Positions 9,633 through 18,603 of a DNA stretch of 32,000 nucleotides are shown here, in pieces. The DNA is taken from NCBI RefSeq assembly GCF_003945235.1, contig NZ_RSDW01000001.1:4770001-4802000 (forward strand), given 5' to 3'. Under the pieces are notes generated by a model. The model had not been told where the DNA came from. It made no database searches and saw only the letters and a list, made by a program, of their open reading frames with translations. A program made the position numbers and the translations under genes. This DNA comes from Edaphobacter aggregans. Its GTDB lineage: Bacteria; Acidobacteriota; Terriglobia; Terriglobales; Acidobacteriaceae. How positions within the stretch are numbered: position 1 is the first letter of the stretch; each line of letters starts with the position of its first letter.

Positions 9633-10229
9633 ATGGCAACCAAATCAACGCGCGATCACCTGATCGACACAGGCCTGAAGCTGATGCACCAACAGGGCTA
9701 CAACGCTACAGGCCTGACGGAGATTCTGAAAGCAGCGGATGTGCCCAAGGGCTCGTTTTATCACCATTTCGGCAGCAAGGAAGATTTTGCCGCGGCTGCG
9801 CTTGAGAGATACACCACGCGCGAGGCGAAGCACGCGGCCTCCGTTTTGATTGGTTCGAAGATGTCGCCGCTCAAGCGCCTGAAGCAGTACTTCATTGACC
9901 TTGTAAAGTTCTATGGCCAGAAGGGAGAGATTCCCGGATGCTTGATGGGCCGCTTCAGCCTGGAGATCGCGGCAGTGAATCCGCAACTGAGAAAACAGAT
10001 CAGCGCTACGTTTACGCACTGGCAGCACACGATCGCAACGGTCCTTGAGCAGGCAGTCGCACAGAAAGAATTGCCTGCAGGTACCGATCCCGAATCGCTG
10101 GCAGGTTTTCTGCTCAACGGCTGGGAGGGAGCACTGTTGCGCTCGCAAGCGGAAGCGAGCGACGCTCCGCTTGAAGTCTTCATGCAGATCGCATTCGATC
10201 AATTGCTGAAAAAACACTCAAATGCCTGA
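9633..10229 (+). CDS. TetR/AcrR family transcriptional regulator
   Basis: The ORF track gives 9588..10229. I moved the start to ATG 9633, which follows AAGGAG (9621-9626). The N-terminal HTH is TRDHLIDTGLKLMHQQGYNATGLTEILKAADVPKGSFYHHFGSKEDF. Confidence 0.85.
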   Translation: MATKSTRDHLIDTGLKLMHQQGYNATGLTEILKAADVPKGSFYHHFGSKEDFAAAALERYTTREAKHAASVLIGSKMSPLKRLKQYFIDLVKFYGQKGEIPGCLMGRFSLEIAAVNPQLRKQISATFTHWQHTIATVLEQAVAQKELPAGTDPESLAGFLLNGWEGALLRSQAEASDAPLEVFMQIAFDQLLKKHSNA

Positions 10230-10378
10230 TCTCGCGCCATAACCCTAGGCAATACAGGACCGGTATTACGGCCATGAGCCTGGGCAAGGCATAGCCGGCT
10301 ACAAAGCCGGACGCGGAGTCACGCGCAAAAACAGGGCGAGTACCCCTCAACAAAAGTTACTCAAAGGAGAACGCTGTT

Positions 10379-11719
10379 ATGGAACAAGTAGGCAACAATT
10401 CACGTCGCCGTTTTCTCAAGGCGAGCACCATGTTGGGTCTGGGAGCTGCATTTAGCGAGGGGATGATTGGACAGGCATTTGCAAACTCCCAACCCATCGC
10501 TATCAACGAGGGACAGATTGGACAAAATTCAATCCGCCTATTTCACGTAAAGATTCCGGAAGTCGAACTTACTGAATTGCGCAGGCGAATTCGAGCGGCT
10601 CGGTGGCCTGAGCAGGAACTCGTCGGGGATGCATCGCAAGGGGTCCAGCTCAACACAATGCAGAAGGTCGCCCAGTATTGGGCAGACGAGTACGACTGGC
10701 GTAAGGTCGAAGCGAGATTGAATGCTCTTCCGCAGTTCACCACCAAAATCGATGGTCTTGAAATTTTTTTCATTCACGTTCGCTCGAAACATGAAAATGC
10801 GTTGCCGCTCATCGTCACTCACGGATGGCCCGGTTCAATCATCGAGCAGCTAAAGATCATCGATCCGCTTACTAATCCCACCGCCCATGGCGGCAGCGCA
10901 TCGGATGCGTTCGACGTCGTGATTCCATCGCTGCCGGGCTACGGATTCTCGGGCAAGCCCACCACAGCGGGCTGGGACATTGCCCATATCGCACGCGCGT
11001 GGGTGATGCTGATGAAGCGCCTTGGATACACACGCTTTGTTGCGACGGGCGGCGATGTGGGTGCACAGGTCGTCGACGAATTGGGCGTGCAAGCGCCCCC
11101 GGAACTGCTTGGCATTCACTCGAACATGCCGGGGACCGTTCCGGCCGACGTTTCCAGGGCACTCACTAACCACGAGCCGCCACCGTCCGGCCTATCCGCC
11201 GAGGAACGGCACGCCTGGGATCAGCTCGACTTCTTCTACAAGAAAGGACTCGGTTACGCGATCGAGATGAGCAACCGTCCCCAGACGCTCTATGGTCTTA
11301 TGGATTCGCCTGTCGGACTGGCGGCCTGGATGATCGATCACGACGCACGCAGCGAGGAGCTCATCACGCGTGCCTTCGACGGAAAAACCGAAGGCTTGAC
11401 GCGAGACGACATCCTCGACAACATCACGCTTTACTGGCTGACGAACACGGCGGTATCTGCGGCGCGCTCCTATTGGGACTATAGCGCCACGGCGAAGAAA
11501 GGGTTTTTCGACGTCAAGGGTGCCACCGTTCCGGTAGCCGTGAGCGCCTTTCCGGATGAGATTTATACCGCACCGCGCAGCTGGGCCGAGAAAGCCTATC
11601 CCAAGCTCATTCACTACAACAAGCTTCCCAAGGGAGGGCACTTCGCGGCCTGGGAACAGCCGAAGTTCTATTCTGAAGAGCTTCGTGCGAGTTTCAAACC
11701 ATTGCGGGACAAAGCGTGA
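10379..11719 (+). CDS. epoxide hydrolase family protein (EHN N-terminal domain + alpha/beta hydrolase), Tat-exported
   Basis: A 446-aa ORF with a twin-arginine leader ([19 protein letters not shown]). It has the N-terminal EH motif ([26 protein letters not shown]), the HGWPGS oxyanion motif, an Asp nucleophile elbow (GGDVGA) and a C-terminal [10 protein letters not shown]. Confidence 0.85.
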   Translation: MEQVGNNSRRRFLKASTMLGLGAAFSEGMIGQAFANSQPIAINEGQIGQNSIRLFHVKIPEVELTELRRRIRAARWPEQELVGDASQGVQLNTMQKVAQYWADEYDWRKVEARLNALPQFTTKIDGLEIFFIHVRSKHENALPLIVTHGWPGSIIEQLKIIDPLTNPTAHGGSASDAFDVVIPSLPGYGFSGKPTTAGWDIAHIARAWVMLMKRLGYTRFVATGGDVGAQVVDELGVQAPPELLGIHSNMPGTVPADVSRALTNHEPPPSGLSAEERHAWDQLDFFYKKGLGYAIEMSNRPQTLYGLMDSPVGLAAWMIDHDARSEELITRAFDGKTEGLTRDDILDNITLYWLTNTAVSAARSYWDYSATAKKGFFDVKGATVPVAVSAFPDEIYTAPRSWAEKAYPKLIHYNKLPKGGHFAAWEQPKFYSEELRASFKPLRDKA

Positions 11720-11769
11720 GTACCATTCGCTTTTACGTAATCAACAGATTGAACTGAAAGGAGAAACCC

Positions 11770-12237
11770 ATGTCCACCATCTATCTTCACCAAACAACTA
11801 CCCTGACCCCCGAGCAGTACATCGCCGGGCTTACCGACTTCGGGCCGGGCCGTTCGAAGCTTTTTGGCAACAGCGCCGACGAGTACCTCAAGGTGCATCA
11901 GTTGGGCCGCACACAGGCTGACGTGACGGAAGGTTCGGGCGGCATCTGGGAGCGCCTGCACTACGACTGGTCCGATCCTAACCAGGTCGTCCTCACGACG
12001 ACTGACTCCAATCTGTGGGGAGGCGCATCCGGCCACACCTACACCTTTACGCGTCGTCTCGACGGAATTACCGACATTGATGTAACAGTCGTACGTGAGG
12101 GCAAGAACTTCAAGGGACACTTGCTCGGCTTCGTGCTCGGCAGCATCGGCAAAGGCGTGTTGGAAAAGGCGTTTGTAAACAGCGTCAAGGCTATTGAAAC
12201 TCGGTACGGCGCGGCGAATGAGGAACGCGCAGCGTAA
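11770..12237 (+). CDS. SRPBCC (START/polyketide-cyclase-like) family protein, putative
   Basis: A 155-aa ORF with AAGGAG upstream of the ATG. The size and the pattern (TPEQYIAGLTDFGPGRSKLF...VTEGSGGIWERLHYDWSDPN...) resemble small SRPBCC proteins. No catalytic motif can be named. Confidence 0.5.
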   Translation: MSTIYLHQTTTLTPEQYIAGLTDFGPGRSKLFGNSADEYLKVHQLGRTQADVTEGSGGIWERLHYDWSDPNQVVLTTTDSNLWGGASGHTYTFTRRLDGITDIDVTVVREGKNFKGHLLGFVLGSIGKGVLEKAFVNSVKAIETRYGAANEERAA

Positions 12238-12531
12238 CCAAGCGGCAATTGCGTGGGATTAAACGTGCACCTCGCCGATGCATTCATCGACAGAGCGATT
12301 ACCAACACGCTTACCTTCGCAAAGAGCTTCGATCCCAACCGGCCGGATTAGCACGCCGAGTACATGGTGTGCGAGCAGTCCGGCCCGTGGTTTGGCACAA
12401 TGAATGCCCTAACGCGGTCGTCTCCTCTCTACCGCCCGTTTCACGCAACTTGCCCTGGGACGCGCTGTGGCATTTCATCCCGACGGGAGCCGTGTGTACA
12501 ACGTTGCCCGAGATTAGGAGAATAGGAAGAA

Positions 12532-13569
12532 ATGTCTGGATCTATCAATCAAGATCGCCGTTGGTTTCTCACCACTGCCGCAATGACCTTGGCTGCCGCC
12601 CAATTTGGCATTGTCAGCCGGACAATCGCTGACTCAGCGAGAACGGTGCGACTGTCCAATGAGGGCAGCTTCCCATCTCTTGGTGGCGCGACAGGTTGGC
12701 TGAACTCGCTGCCGCTGACACCCGCCGCACTTCGCGGAAAAGTCGTCCTCGTCAATTTCTGGACCTACACCTGCGTCAATTGGAGGCGCACACTCCCCTA
12801 TGTCCGCGCGTGGTCTCAAAAATACAAAGATCACGGCCTGGTGGTTATCGGTGTGCACACACCGGAGTTCTCGTTTGAGCACAACGTCGACAACATTCGA
12901 TGGGCTCTAAAGAACATGGGAATCGAGTATCCGGTCGCCGTCGACAGCGACTACGCGATTTGGCGGGCCTTCGGTAACGAATATTGGCCAGCAAACTACT
13001 TCATTGATGCCAAGGGGCACATCCGACATCATCAATTCGGCGAGGGCGAATACCTGCAAGGCGAAGCAGCAATTCAGCAACTGCTAACCGAGGCAGGGTT
13101 CGACGGATTCACCTGCGAACCAGTTCCGGCTAATGCTTATGGCGCCGAGGTTGGCGCGGACCTCGGTAATTTGAGATCTCCGGAGACTTACGTAGGCTAT
13201 CAACAGACTCAGAACTTTACATCTCCCCACGGTGCCGCATGGAACAAGCCGCATACTTACAGTTTCCCGGCGCGGTTCGACCTTAACTCGTGGGCGCTTG
13301 CCGGCAACTGGACTGTTGGGAAAGAGGCCGTTACCCTCAATCAGGATGACGGACAAATCGCGTACCGGTTTCACGCGCGAGATCTCAATCTCGTCATGGG
13401 TACGGCAGTGCAAGGGAAGTCGGTTCGTTTTCAAGTACTCCTCGATGGACATCCGCCGGTGGACTCACATGGCGCGGACATCGACGATCAAGGCAACGGC
13501 ATCGTCGTCGAACAACGGCTCTACCAACTCATCCGGCAAAAAAGGACAGATCGCCGATCGCCGGTTTGA
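12532..13569 (+). CDS. DipZ C-terminal-like thioredoxin-fold redoxin, Tat-exported, with a probable frameshift at its 3' end
   Basis: A 345-aa ORF with a twin-arginine leader (QDRRWFLTTAAMTLAAAQF). The redoxin core is VVLVNFWTYTCVNWRRTLPYV...VVIGVHTPEFSFEH...YPVAVDSDYAIWRAFGNEYWPANYFID. The protein-like sequence continues in the +1 frame from the A6 run (13538-13543) to 13621 (GQIADRRFEIQFLDSGPEAFDFTFG). Confidence 0.75.
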   Translation: MSGSINQDRRWFLTTAAMTLAAAQFGIVSRTIADSARTVRLSNEGSFPSLGGATGWLNSLPLTPAALRGKVVLVNFWTYTCVNWRRTLPYVRAWSQKYKDHGLVVIGVHTPEFSFEHNVDNIRWALKNMGIEYPVAVDSDYAIWRAFGNEYWPANYFIDAKGHIRHHQFGEGEYLQGEAAIQQLLTEAGFDGFTCEPVPANAYGAEVGADLGNLRSPETYVGYQQTQNFTSPHGAAWNKPHTYSFPARFDLNSWALAGNWTVGKEAVTLNQDDGQIAYRFHARDLNLVMGTAVQGKSVRFQVLLDGHPPVDSHGADIDDQGNGIVVEQRLYQLIRQKRTDRRSPV

Positions 13570-13784
13570 GATCCAGTTTCTCGATTCCGGACCTGAAGCC
13601 TTCGACTTCACTTTCGGCTGATGGAGCTGGCTCGAAAAAAAGGAAATACAGCATGAAGCAAACGTAATTGACCAATATTTCCCGGCGTCGTTTCGCACAG
13701 GCAGGTCTTTCCGTTGGAGCCACCCTGTTTGCCACAATACGATAACATCGCCACGAATGAAATTGCTGCACTACGGGAGGGTTC

Positions 13785-14528
13785 ATGACTCATCCATTGG
13801 AGTCTCCGAATGGAACAACCACAGACCTCACACGACGCGAAGCGATTAGCCGATTTGCCTTGTTCGGGACGGTTATGGCGATTCTTCAAGGCCGTGTGGT
13901 CGCGCAGAGCGGAGCGTCAGGAAGCTACAGCAATGCCGCGATAGCGTTACCCCAGCGAACACAATTGATGGAACCAGAAAACGACCCGGACAAGGATGTG
14001 AAAATCGCACGTGCGATGCGCGCCGGCCCGGCTGAGATCACACGCGATGCGACGGTCGCCGAAATGGACCATCAAGGCAAATTGACAGTGCTTCGCAAAG
14101 GCACTAACGGTTGGATATGTACTCCGGGAAACGAGAATAAAGTTGGCGATCCGCCGATGTGCGTATACGAACTCGGAATGCAGTGGTTTATGGACGCCCT
14201 TGCGGGAAAGCCCGCACCTACCAATCGTGCGCCAGGGCTCTGTTACATGCTTTGCGGAGCTACACAGCATAGCAATGATACCCCTTTCGATCGGACGAGC
14301 CCGGCCATCCCAATAGGGCCGCACTGGATGGTTCTTTGGCCGTTTGATGCAAAGCATTGCGGCCTCCCCACTACGGTTCGGGATGCGGGTGCATGGATCA
14401 TGTTCTCCGGCACACCGTACGCATACCTTCATATCTGCGGAACACCTTGGGATGGTATCGAATATTCACCTGGTGATGAGGCGAGGTGGACCATGCAATA
14501 CACCAAGCCAAGGATTGTGCGTACATGA
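13785..14528 (+). CDS. exported hypothetical protein
   Basis: A 247-aa ORF with GGGAGGG upstream of the ATG. The N-terminus (TRREAISRFALFGTVMAILQGRVVAQS) looks like a Tat or Sec leader. The Cys-containing mature part shows no motif I can name. Confidence 0.65.
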   Translation: MTHPLESPNGTTTDLTRREAISRFALFGTVMAILQGRVVAQSGASGSYSNAAIALPQRTQLMEPENDPDKDVKIARAMRAGPAEITRDATVAEMDHQGKLTVLRKGTNGWICTPGNENKVGDPPMCVYELGMQWFMDALAGKPAPTNRAPGLCYMLCGATQHSNDTPFDRTSPAIPIGPHWMVLWPFDAKHCGLPTTVRDAGAWIMFSGTPYAYLHICGTPWDGIEYSPGDEARWTMQYTKPRIVRT

Positions 14529-14623
14529 TCGATCCAGCGAGGGAGGAGCCCTCCTCCCCAACCACGAAAACGATCTTCCTCGAAACTTATCGATTCCGCT
14601 GTTCCACATGGCGGTTGGCTATC

Positions 14624-15016
14624 ATGGGTCGGGGAAGGGAACCGTGCCATCGAGATCAGCCGTCGAATCTCCGAGCAACGAAACACGACGAAGCAACGTT
14701 CTCCGAGGTCGTCCGGCTGATAGCCGCCTCCCGTGAGAGGGCCGTCAATACCGAGTTGATTGATCTCTACCGGCAGGTCGGCGCAACCATCAGCCGCAAG
14801 ATCAAGGCGGCAGAATGGGGAGATGGGGTCGTCGAACGGCTCGCTGCCTATATTGCGAAGACGCAGCCTGGCTGACGTGGTTTTACCAAGACTAACTTGT
14901 TCCGCATGAGGCAGTTCTAGGAGACTTACCAAGGCGACAAAAAAGTCGCACCACTGGTGCGACAATTGCCGGGGTCGCATCACCTCATCATCCTGAGAGA
15001 GCAAACGTTCGGATGA
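14624..15016 (+). pseudogene. DUF1016/YhcG-type nuclease, N-terminal fragment with two in-frame stops and truncation
   Basis: One reading frame gives MGRGREP...ATFSEVVRLIAASRERAVNTELIDLYRQVGATISRKIKAAEWGDGVVERLAAYIAKTQPG*RGFTKTNLFRMRQF*ETYQGDKKVAPLVRQLPGSHHLIILREQTFG*. This matches the conserved N-terminal pattern of DUF1016 proteins (compare the intact paralogue at 16194-17252). TGA at 14873-14875 and TAG at 14918-14920 interrupt it, and everything after about codon 130 is missing. Confidence 0.7.
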
Positions 15017-15042
15017 ACTGAGAGAGCAAACGTTCGGATGAA
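14993..15042. repeat. perfect 25-bp tandem duplication (ctgagagagcaaacgttcggatgaa x2)
   Basis: Read directly from the sequence: 14993-15017 and 15018-15042 are identical. The repeat sits exactly where homology to DUF1016 ends and the AT-rich integrase upstream region begins. Confidence 0.95.
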
Positions 15043-15180
15043 CGTAAATTCTGTCTGGATTTTATGAGAATAATTCAGAGCAATGGCGTGTCGCTCGCGT
15101 CTATTGTTGCGATTCTAACCCTTTTATAATGAGCGTATATTACCTACGATAGTGCCGCTTGTCAGGGGTAAAATCATTTC

Positions 15181-16117
15181 ATGACGAGCGAGCTCATTTT
15201 GGCGCCTGTACCACCTGAAAACAGGGAAGGGGAGCCCCTGACCCTCACCCCGGCCCAGACTGTGCTGCGCAAGATGGTCCTCGACACCGTACCGTCGCCG
15301 CACTCCAAGCGCAACTACGGGAAAGCCCTCGACGACCTCTTCGCCTTCTGTGCCAGCCGACCTCTCTCCCGGTCCTTATTAATGGAGTGGCAGGCGGGCA
15401 TGGAGCCACTCTCGCCCTCCACTATAAATGTCCGGCTCTCGGCGGTGCGGAAGTCGGTGGGCGAGGCCAGGCGGAACAACATGATCGGATCGGAGGAGGC
15501 GGCCAGCCTGACCGACATCCCCAACATCCGGCAGAAGGGAACCCGGCTGGGGAACTGGCTGACCCGCGAGCAGGCCAAGGAGCTGCTGGCCGTCCCCGAC
15601 CGCTCGACGCTCAAGGGCAAACGCGACTACGTCATCCTGGCGCTTCTTGTTGGCTGCGCCCTGAGGCGGAACGAACTGGCCGAGCTTGACGTCGCGACCA
15701 TCCAACAAAGGGAGGGGCGCTGGGTCCTGGCCGACCTGGAGGGCAAAGGCCGCCGCATCCGCACCGTTGCTGTCCCGATCTGGGTCCAAGCAGGGCATCA
15801 ACGCGTGGATGACCGCGGCCGGCATCGAAGACGGACGGCTGTTGCGGTCGGTTTCGAAGAGCGGGAAGGTCAATCGCGACACCTTGAGCGACTGGGCGGT
15901 CTGGTCGGTAGTTGAACAGTCATCCAAGCAAATCGGAATCGAACGCTTCGGTGCCCACGACCTCCGCCGTACCTGCGCCAAACTCTGCCGCAAGAATGGC
16001 GGGGATCTGGAGCAGATCAAGTTCCTACTGGGACACTCCTCCATCCAGACGACCGAGCGGTACCTGGGATCGGAGCAGGATATCGAGATCGCGGTGAACG
16101 ACAACCTGGGGCTGTAG
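15181..16117 (+). pseudogene. tyrosine recombinase/integrase with a single-base frameshift
   Basis: Two ORFs (15181..15915 and 15686..16117) join into one integrase if the C at 15787 is skipped: ...GRRIRTVAVPIWV|KQGINAWMTAAGIEDGRLL.... All catalytic motifs are intact: Arg in GCALRRNEL, HxxR in AHDLRRT, and His/Tyr in LLGHSSIQTTERY. Confidence 0.85.
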
Positions 16118-16193
16118 TGGAGAAGGAGATTCGCTCTGAATCTGGGGACCTTCATCCTCTATACGAGCAGATAGGATGAGGAAGAGAGGTGCG

Positions 16194-17252
16194 ATGGCAA
16201 AGGATTTACGCAAGTTGGTCGAAGCGGACGAAGGCGCGTCAGAGCTCCTCCGTAGCCTTCGCGAACTCATCCAAGGTGCTCGGCAGAGGGCGATTCGGGC
16301 AGTCGATGTCGTTCAGGTGCAGACCTGCTGGGAGATCGGCCGGCATATCGTAGAGTTTGAGCAAGGCGGCCTCGCTCGGGCGGAATACGGAACGCGGCTG
16401 CTGCAGACTTTAGCCTCGTCGCTGGCAGCCGAGTTCGGAAGAGGTTTTGACGCCTCGAATCTTCGCTACATGCGGCTCTTCTATCAGGTCTTTCCAATTC
16501 GTGACGCATTGCGTCATGAATTGAGTTGGACCCATTACCGCACCCTCCTCCGGGTTGAAAGCGAATCCGCACGGCAATGGTATATGAACGAAGCTGCCAG
16601 CCAGGGATGGACAACCCGCGCCTTGGAGCGGCAGATCAACACTCTGTACTATGAGCGGCTCCTTAGTAGCTACGACCGTCCGGCCGTGGAGTCGGAGGCT
16701 AAAAGCAATGTAGCGCCTCTGCAGACGCCTCGCGATTTCGTGCGCGACCCGGTCATGCTCGAATTCCTCGGTCTGCCTGGGGCCGGCAAGCTGCTCGAGG
16801 CGGATCTCGAACGGGCGTTGCTCGATAATCTACAGGCATTTCTACTAGAGCTGGGTAGAGGCTTCGCGTTCGTGGCTCGACAGTACCGCATCAGTTCCGA
16901 ATCCAAGGATTTTTACATAGACCTGATCTTTTATAACTACCTGCTCAAGTGCTTCGTGCTCTTCGACCTGAAGTCAGGCGAGCTAACCCACCAAGATATC
17001 GGGCAGATGGACATGTACGTTCGCATGGTCGACGATTTGAAGCGGGCGCCTGACGACAACCCAACTGTGGGGATCATTCTTTGTACCGATAAGGATGCGT
17101 CGGTTGTCCGCTATTCAGTGCTGCACGAGAACGAACAAATATTCGCCAGCAGATACAAACTCGTCCTTCCATCTGAAGAGGAGTTGAGGGCAGAGCTAGC
17201 TCGAGAACGTAGTGAACTCGCAAAACGAGTCAAACCTTACACTGAGGACTAG
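16194..17252 (+). CDS. DUF1016/YhcG family PD-(D/E)xK nuclease
   Basis: The ORF track gives 16176..17252. ATG 16194, preceded by AGAGG, is my preferred start; 16176 is also possible. The N-terminal pattern is ...GRGFDASNLRYMRLFYQVF...LSWTHYRTLL...WYMNEAASQGWTTRALERQI. The C-terminal nuclease core is FAFVARQYRISSESKDFYIDLIFYNYLLKCFVLFDLKSGELTHQDIGQMDMY, with D...D-x-K. Confidence 0.85.
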   Translation: MAKDLRKLVEADEGASELLRSLRELIQGARQRAIRAVDVVQVQTCWEIGRHIVEFEQGGLARAEYGTRLLQTLASSLAAEFGRGFDASNLRYMRLFYQVFPIRDALRHELSWTHYRTLLRVESESARQWYMNEAASQGWTTRALERQINTLYYERLLSSYDRPAVESEAKSNVAPLQTPRDFVRDPVMLEFLGLPGAGKLLEADLERALLDNLQAFLLELGRGFAFVARQYRISSESKDFYIDLIFYNYLLKCFVLFDLKSGELTHQDIGQMDMYVRMVDDLKRAPDDNPTVGIILCTDKDASVVRYSVLHENEQIFASRYKLVLPSEEELRAELARERSELAKRVKPYTED

Positions 17253-17337
17253 CCTCACGTGTCGAGTTCTCAACATTTGCTTCTTCAAAGCTTGCCGTAG
17301 TATACGGTCGACGTAATGCTGGTATTCGGGAGATATA

Positions 17338-18603
17338 GTGGTCAAGCCAATCGTCAAACCAGTTATTCCAAGTGATCTCCAATCAAGAATAGAGATTCCC
17401 GAAACGTTGATCCGCGACTTCGTCTCGACCTTAAATCCGAGCGAGAGTGCCGACGTGCTTCAGTTGTTTGTGGATGCCAAGACGCTTGCGCTTTATTGTG
17501 AGTGCCATGTCTTCGCCAGCAAACTTGTGCCTAATTCAACTATCGACGTTCCATTAGATCCGGAGGAGCAAGCTGAATATAGGGCAAACCGAGAGGTTGT
17601 TGCGGACGCGGCGGCCTTTAAGGCGATGAAAGAGGATGCTCGTGAGCGTCGCAGTTTTAGCAATATAGTCACTGAGTTTACGAAAGAATTCGATGAAGAA
17701 ACTCCATTGAAGATCATCGGCGGTCAGCATCGTTTCGAATCGATTCGCGAGGCTTTAGCGAATGGCATCGACGAAATACATGGCATCAAGGTTTATTTCG
17801 GCCTGACACAGGAACAACGTCTAGATGCGCAGCTTATCTCGAATACGGTAATCGCGGTTCCCACTGATTTGTACGATCGCATGCAAGAGACGATGCGCGG
17901 CCCACAGTTAAGAAATTGGTGTCAGAAGGTCGGGCTTTTGGACAGCGATAAAGACTTTTCTGAAAAGCGACAACGGGGAGGGCAAATCACCGTAAGCGCT
18001 GCTCGAACATTCATCCTCAACTATTATCGCGGGGAGGCTGACGCAAAATCTCCCTTTGAGCAGATTGACACGTCACCGAAATTGTCGAAGAGCGGAAGCG
18101 ACGATGCTGAATGGGACAAGCTTCGCGCAACCGGTAAAGCATGGAAGGACGCCAAGCTAGAAGTCGCAGGTCGAGAATTTGCAGCGTTAGTCAAAGCGCA
18201 GAGACAAGCCTTTGAGAACAAGAAATCTGTCCCCATCGATTCTCGCGAAAAAGCTATGAACTATGCTGTTCTATCCGCTTGGGCGTATGTTGCAGGAGTC
18301 CTCCAAGGGGCAAACAATATTGTTAGAGCTGACCGACACTACGCATTGAAAGATCAGGCGGGACGCGACCCGCTAAATGCGCCCGAACTTGCGAAAGGCA
18401 AGCACACGACCGATCCCGACAATTATCGAGGGCTCGGCTATCGCACGGATGCGAAAGAGCGTGGTCGACTGGTCGAGTTGTTCTATCTACAGGCGGAAAG
18501 TGGCAAAGGGATCACGAAACCACTGATTGAATTGGCGATTAAGAAATACCACGCAAAGCTTGCGAACCTCGACGTGCAGAACGCCGAGAAGAAGGTTGTC
18601 TAA
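17338..18603 (+). CDS. ParB/sulfiredoxin-fold protein of the DndB / DGQHR-like type (motif GGQHR) with a long helical C-terminal region
   Basis: A 421-aa ORF starting at GTG 17338, 5 nt after GGGAG; there is no ATG for more than 90 codons. The core RRSFSNIVTEFTKEFDEETPLKIIGGQHRFESIREALANG matches the ParB N-terminal / DndB 'DGQHR' signature with D replaced by G. The remainder is Lys/Glu-rich and looks helical. Confidence 0.6.
   Translation: MVKPIVKPVIPSDLQSRIEIPETLIRDFVSTLNPSESADVLQLFVDAKTLALYCECHVFASKLVPNSTIDVPLDPEEQAEYRANREVVADAAAFKAMKEDARERRSFSNIVTEFTKEFDEETPLKIIGGQHRFESIREALANGIDEIHGIKVYFGLTQEQRLDAQLISNTVIAVPTDLYDRMQETMRGPQLRNWCQKVGLLDSDKDFSEKRQRGGQITVSAARTFILNYYRGEADAKSPFEQIDTSPKLSKSGSDDAEWDKLRATGKAWKDAKLEVAGREFAALVKAQRQAFENKKSVPIDSREKAMNYAVLSAWAYVAGVLQGANNIVRADRHYALKDQAGRDPLNAPELAKGKHTTDPDNYRGLGYRTDAKERGRLVELFYLQAESGKGITKPLIELAIKKYHAKLANLDVQNAEKKVV

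Noticed and set aside
12249-12632. A 127-aa ORF upstream of and overlapping the redoxin start. A short protein-like stretch (VHLADAFIDRAITNTLTFAKSFDPNRPD*) also occurs in the 12.24-12.53 kb gap.
   Set aside because: The 127-aa frame is not protein-like and runs into the well-supported Tat leader of the next gene. The short stretch could be a gene relic, but it is too short to assign without a database search.
14429-15004. A 191-aa minus-strand ORF spanning the DUF1016 remnant.
   Set aside because: It overlaps the 3' end of the exported hypothetical gene and is antisense to sequence with clear DUF1016 similarity on the plus strand. It has no motifs.
15379-16155. A 258-aa minus-strand ORF overlapping the integrase.
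   Set aside because: It is entirely antisense to a gene with clear tyrosine-recombinase motifs. Its Arg/Pro-rich composition is typical of a high-GC shadow frame.
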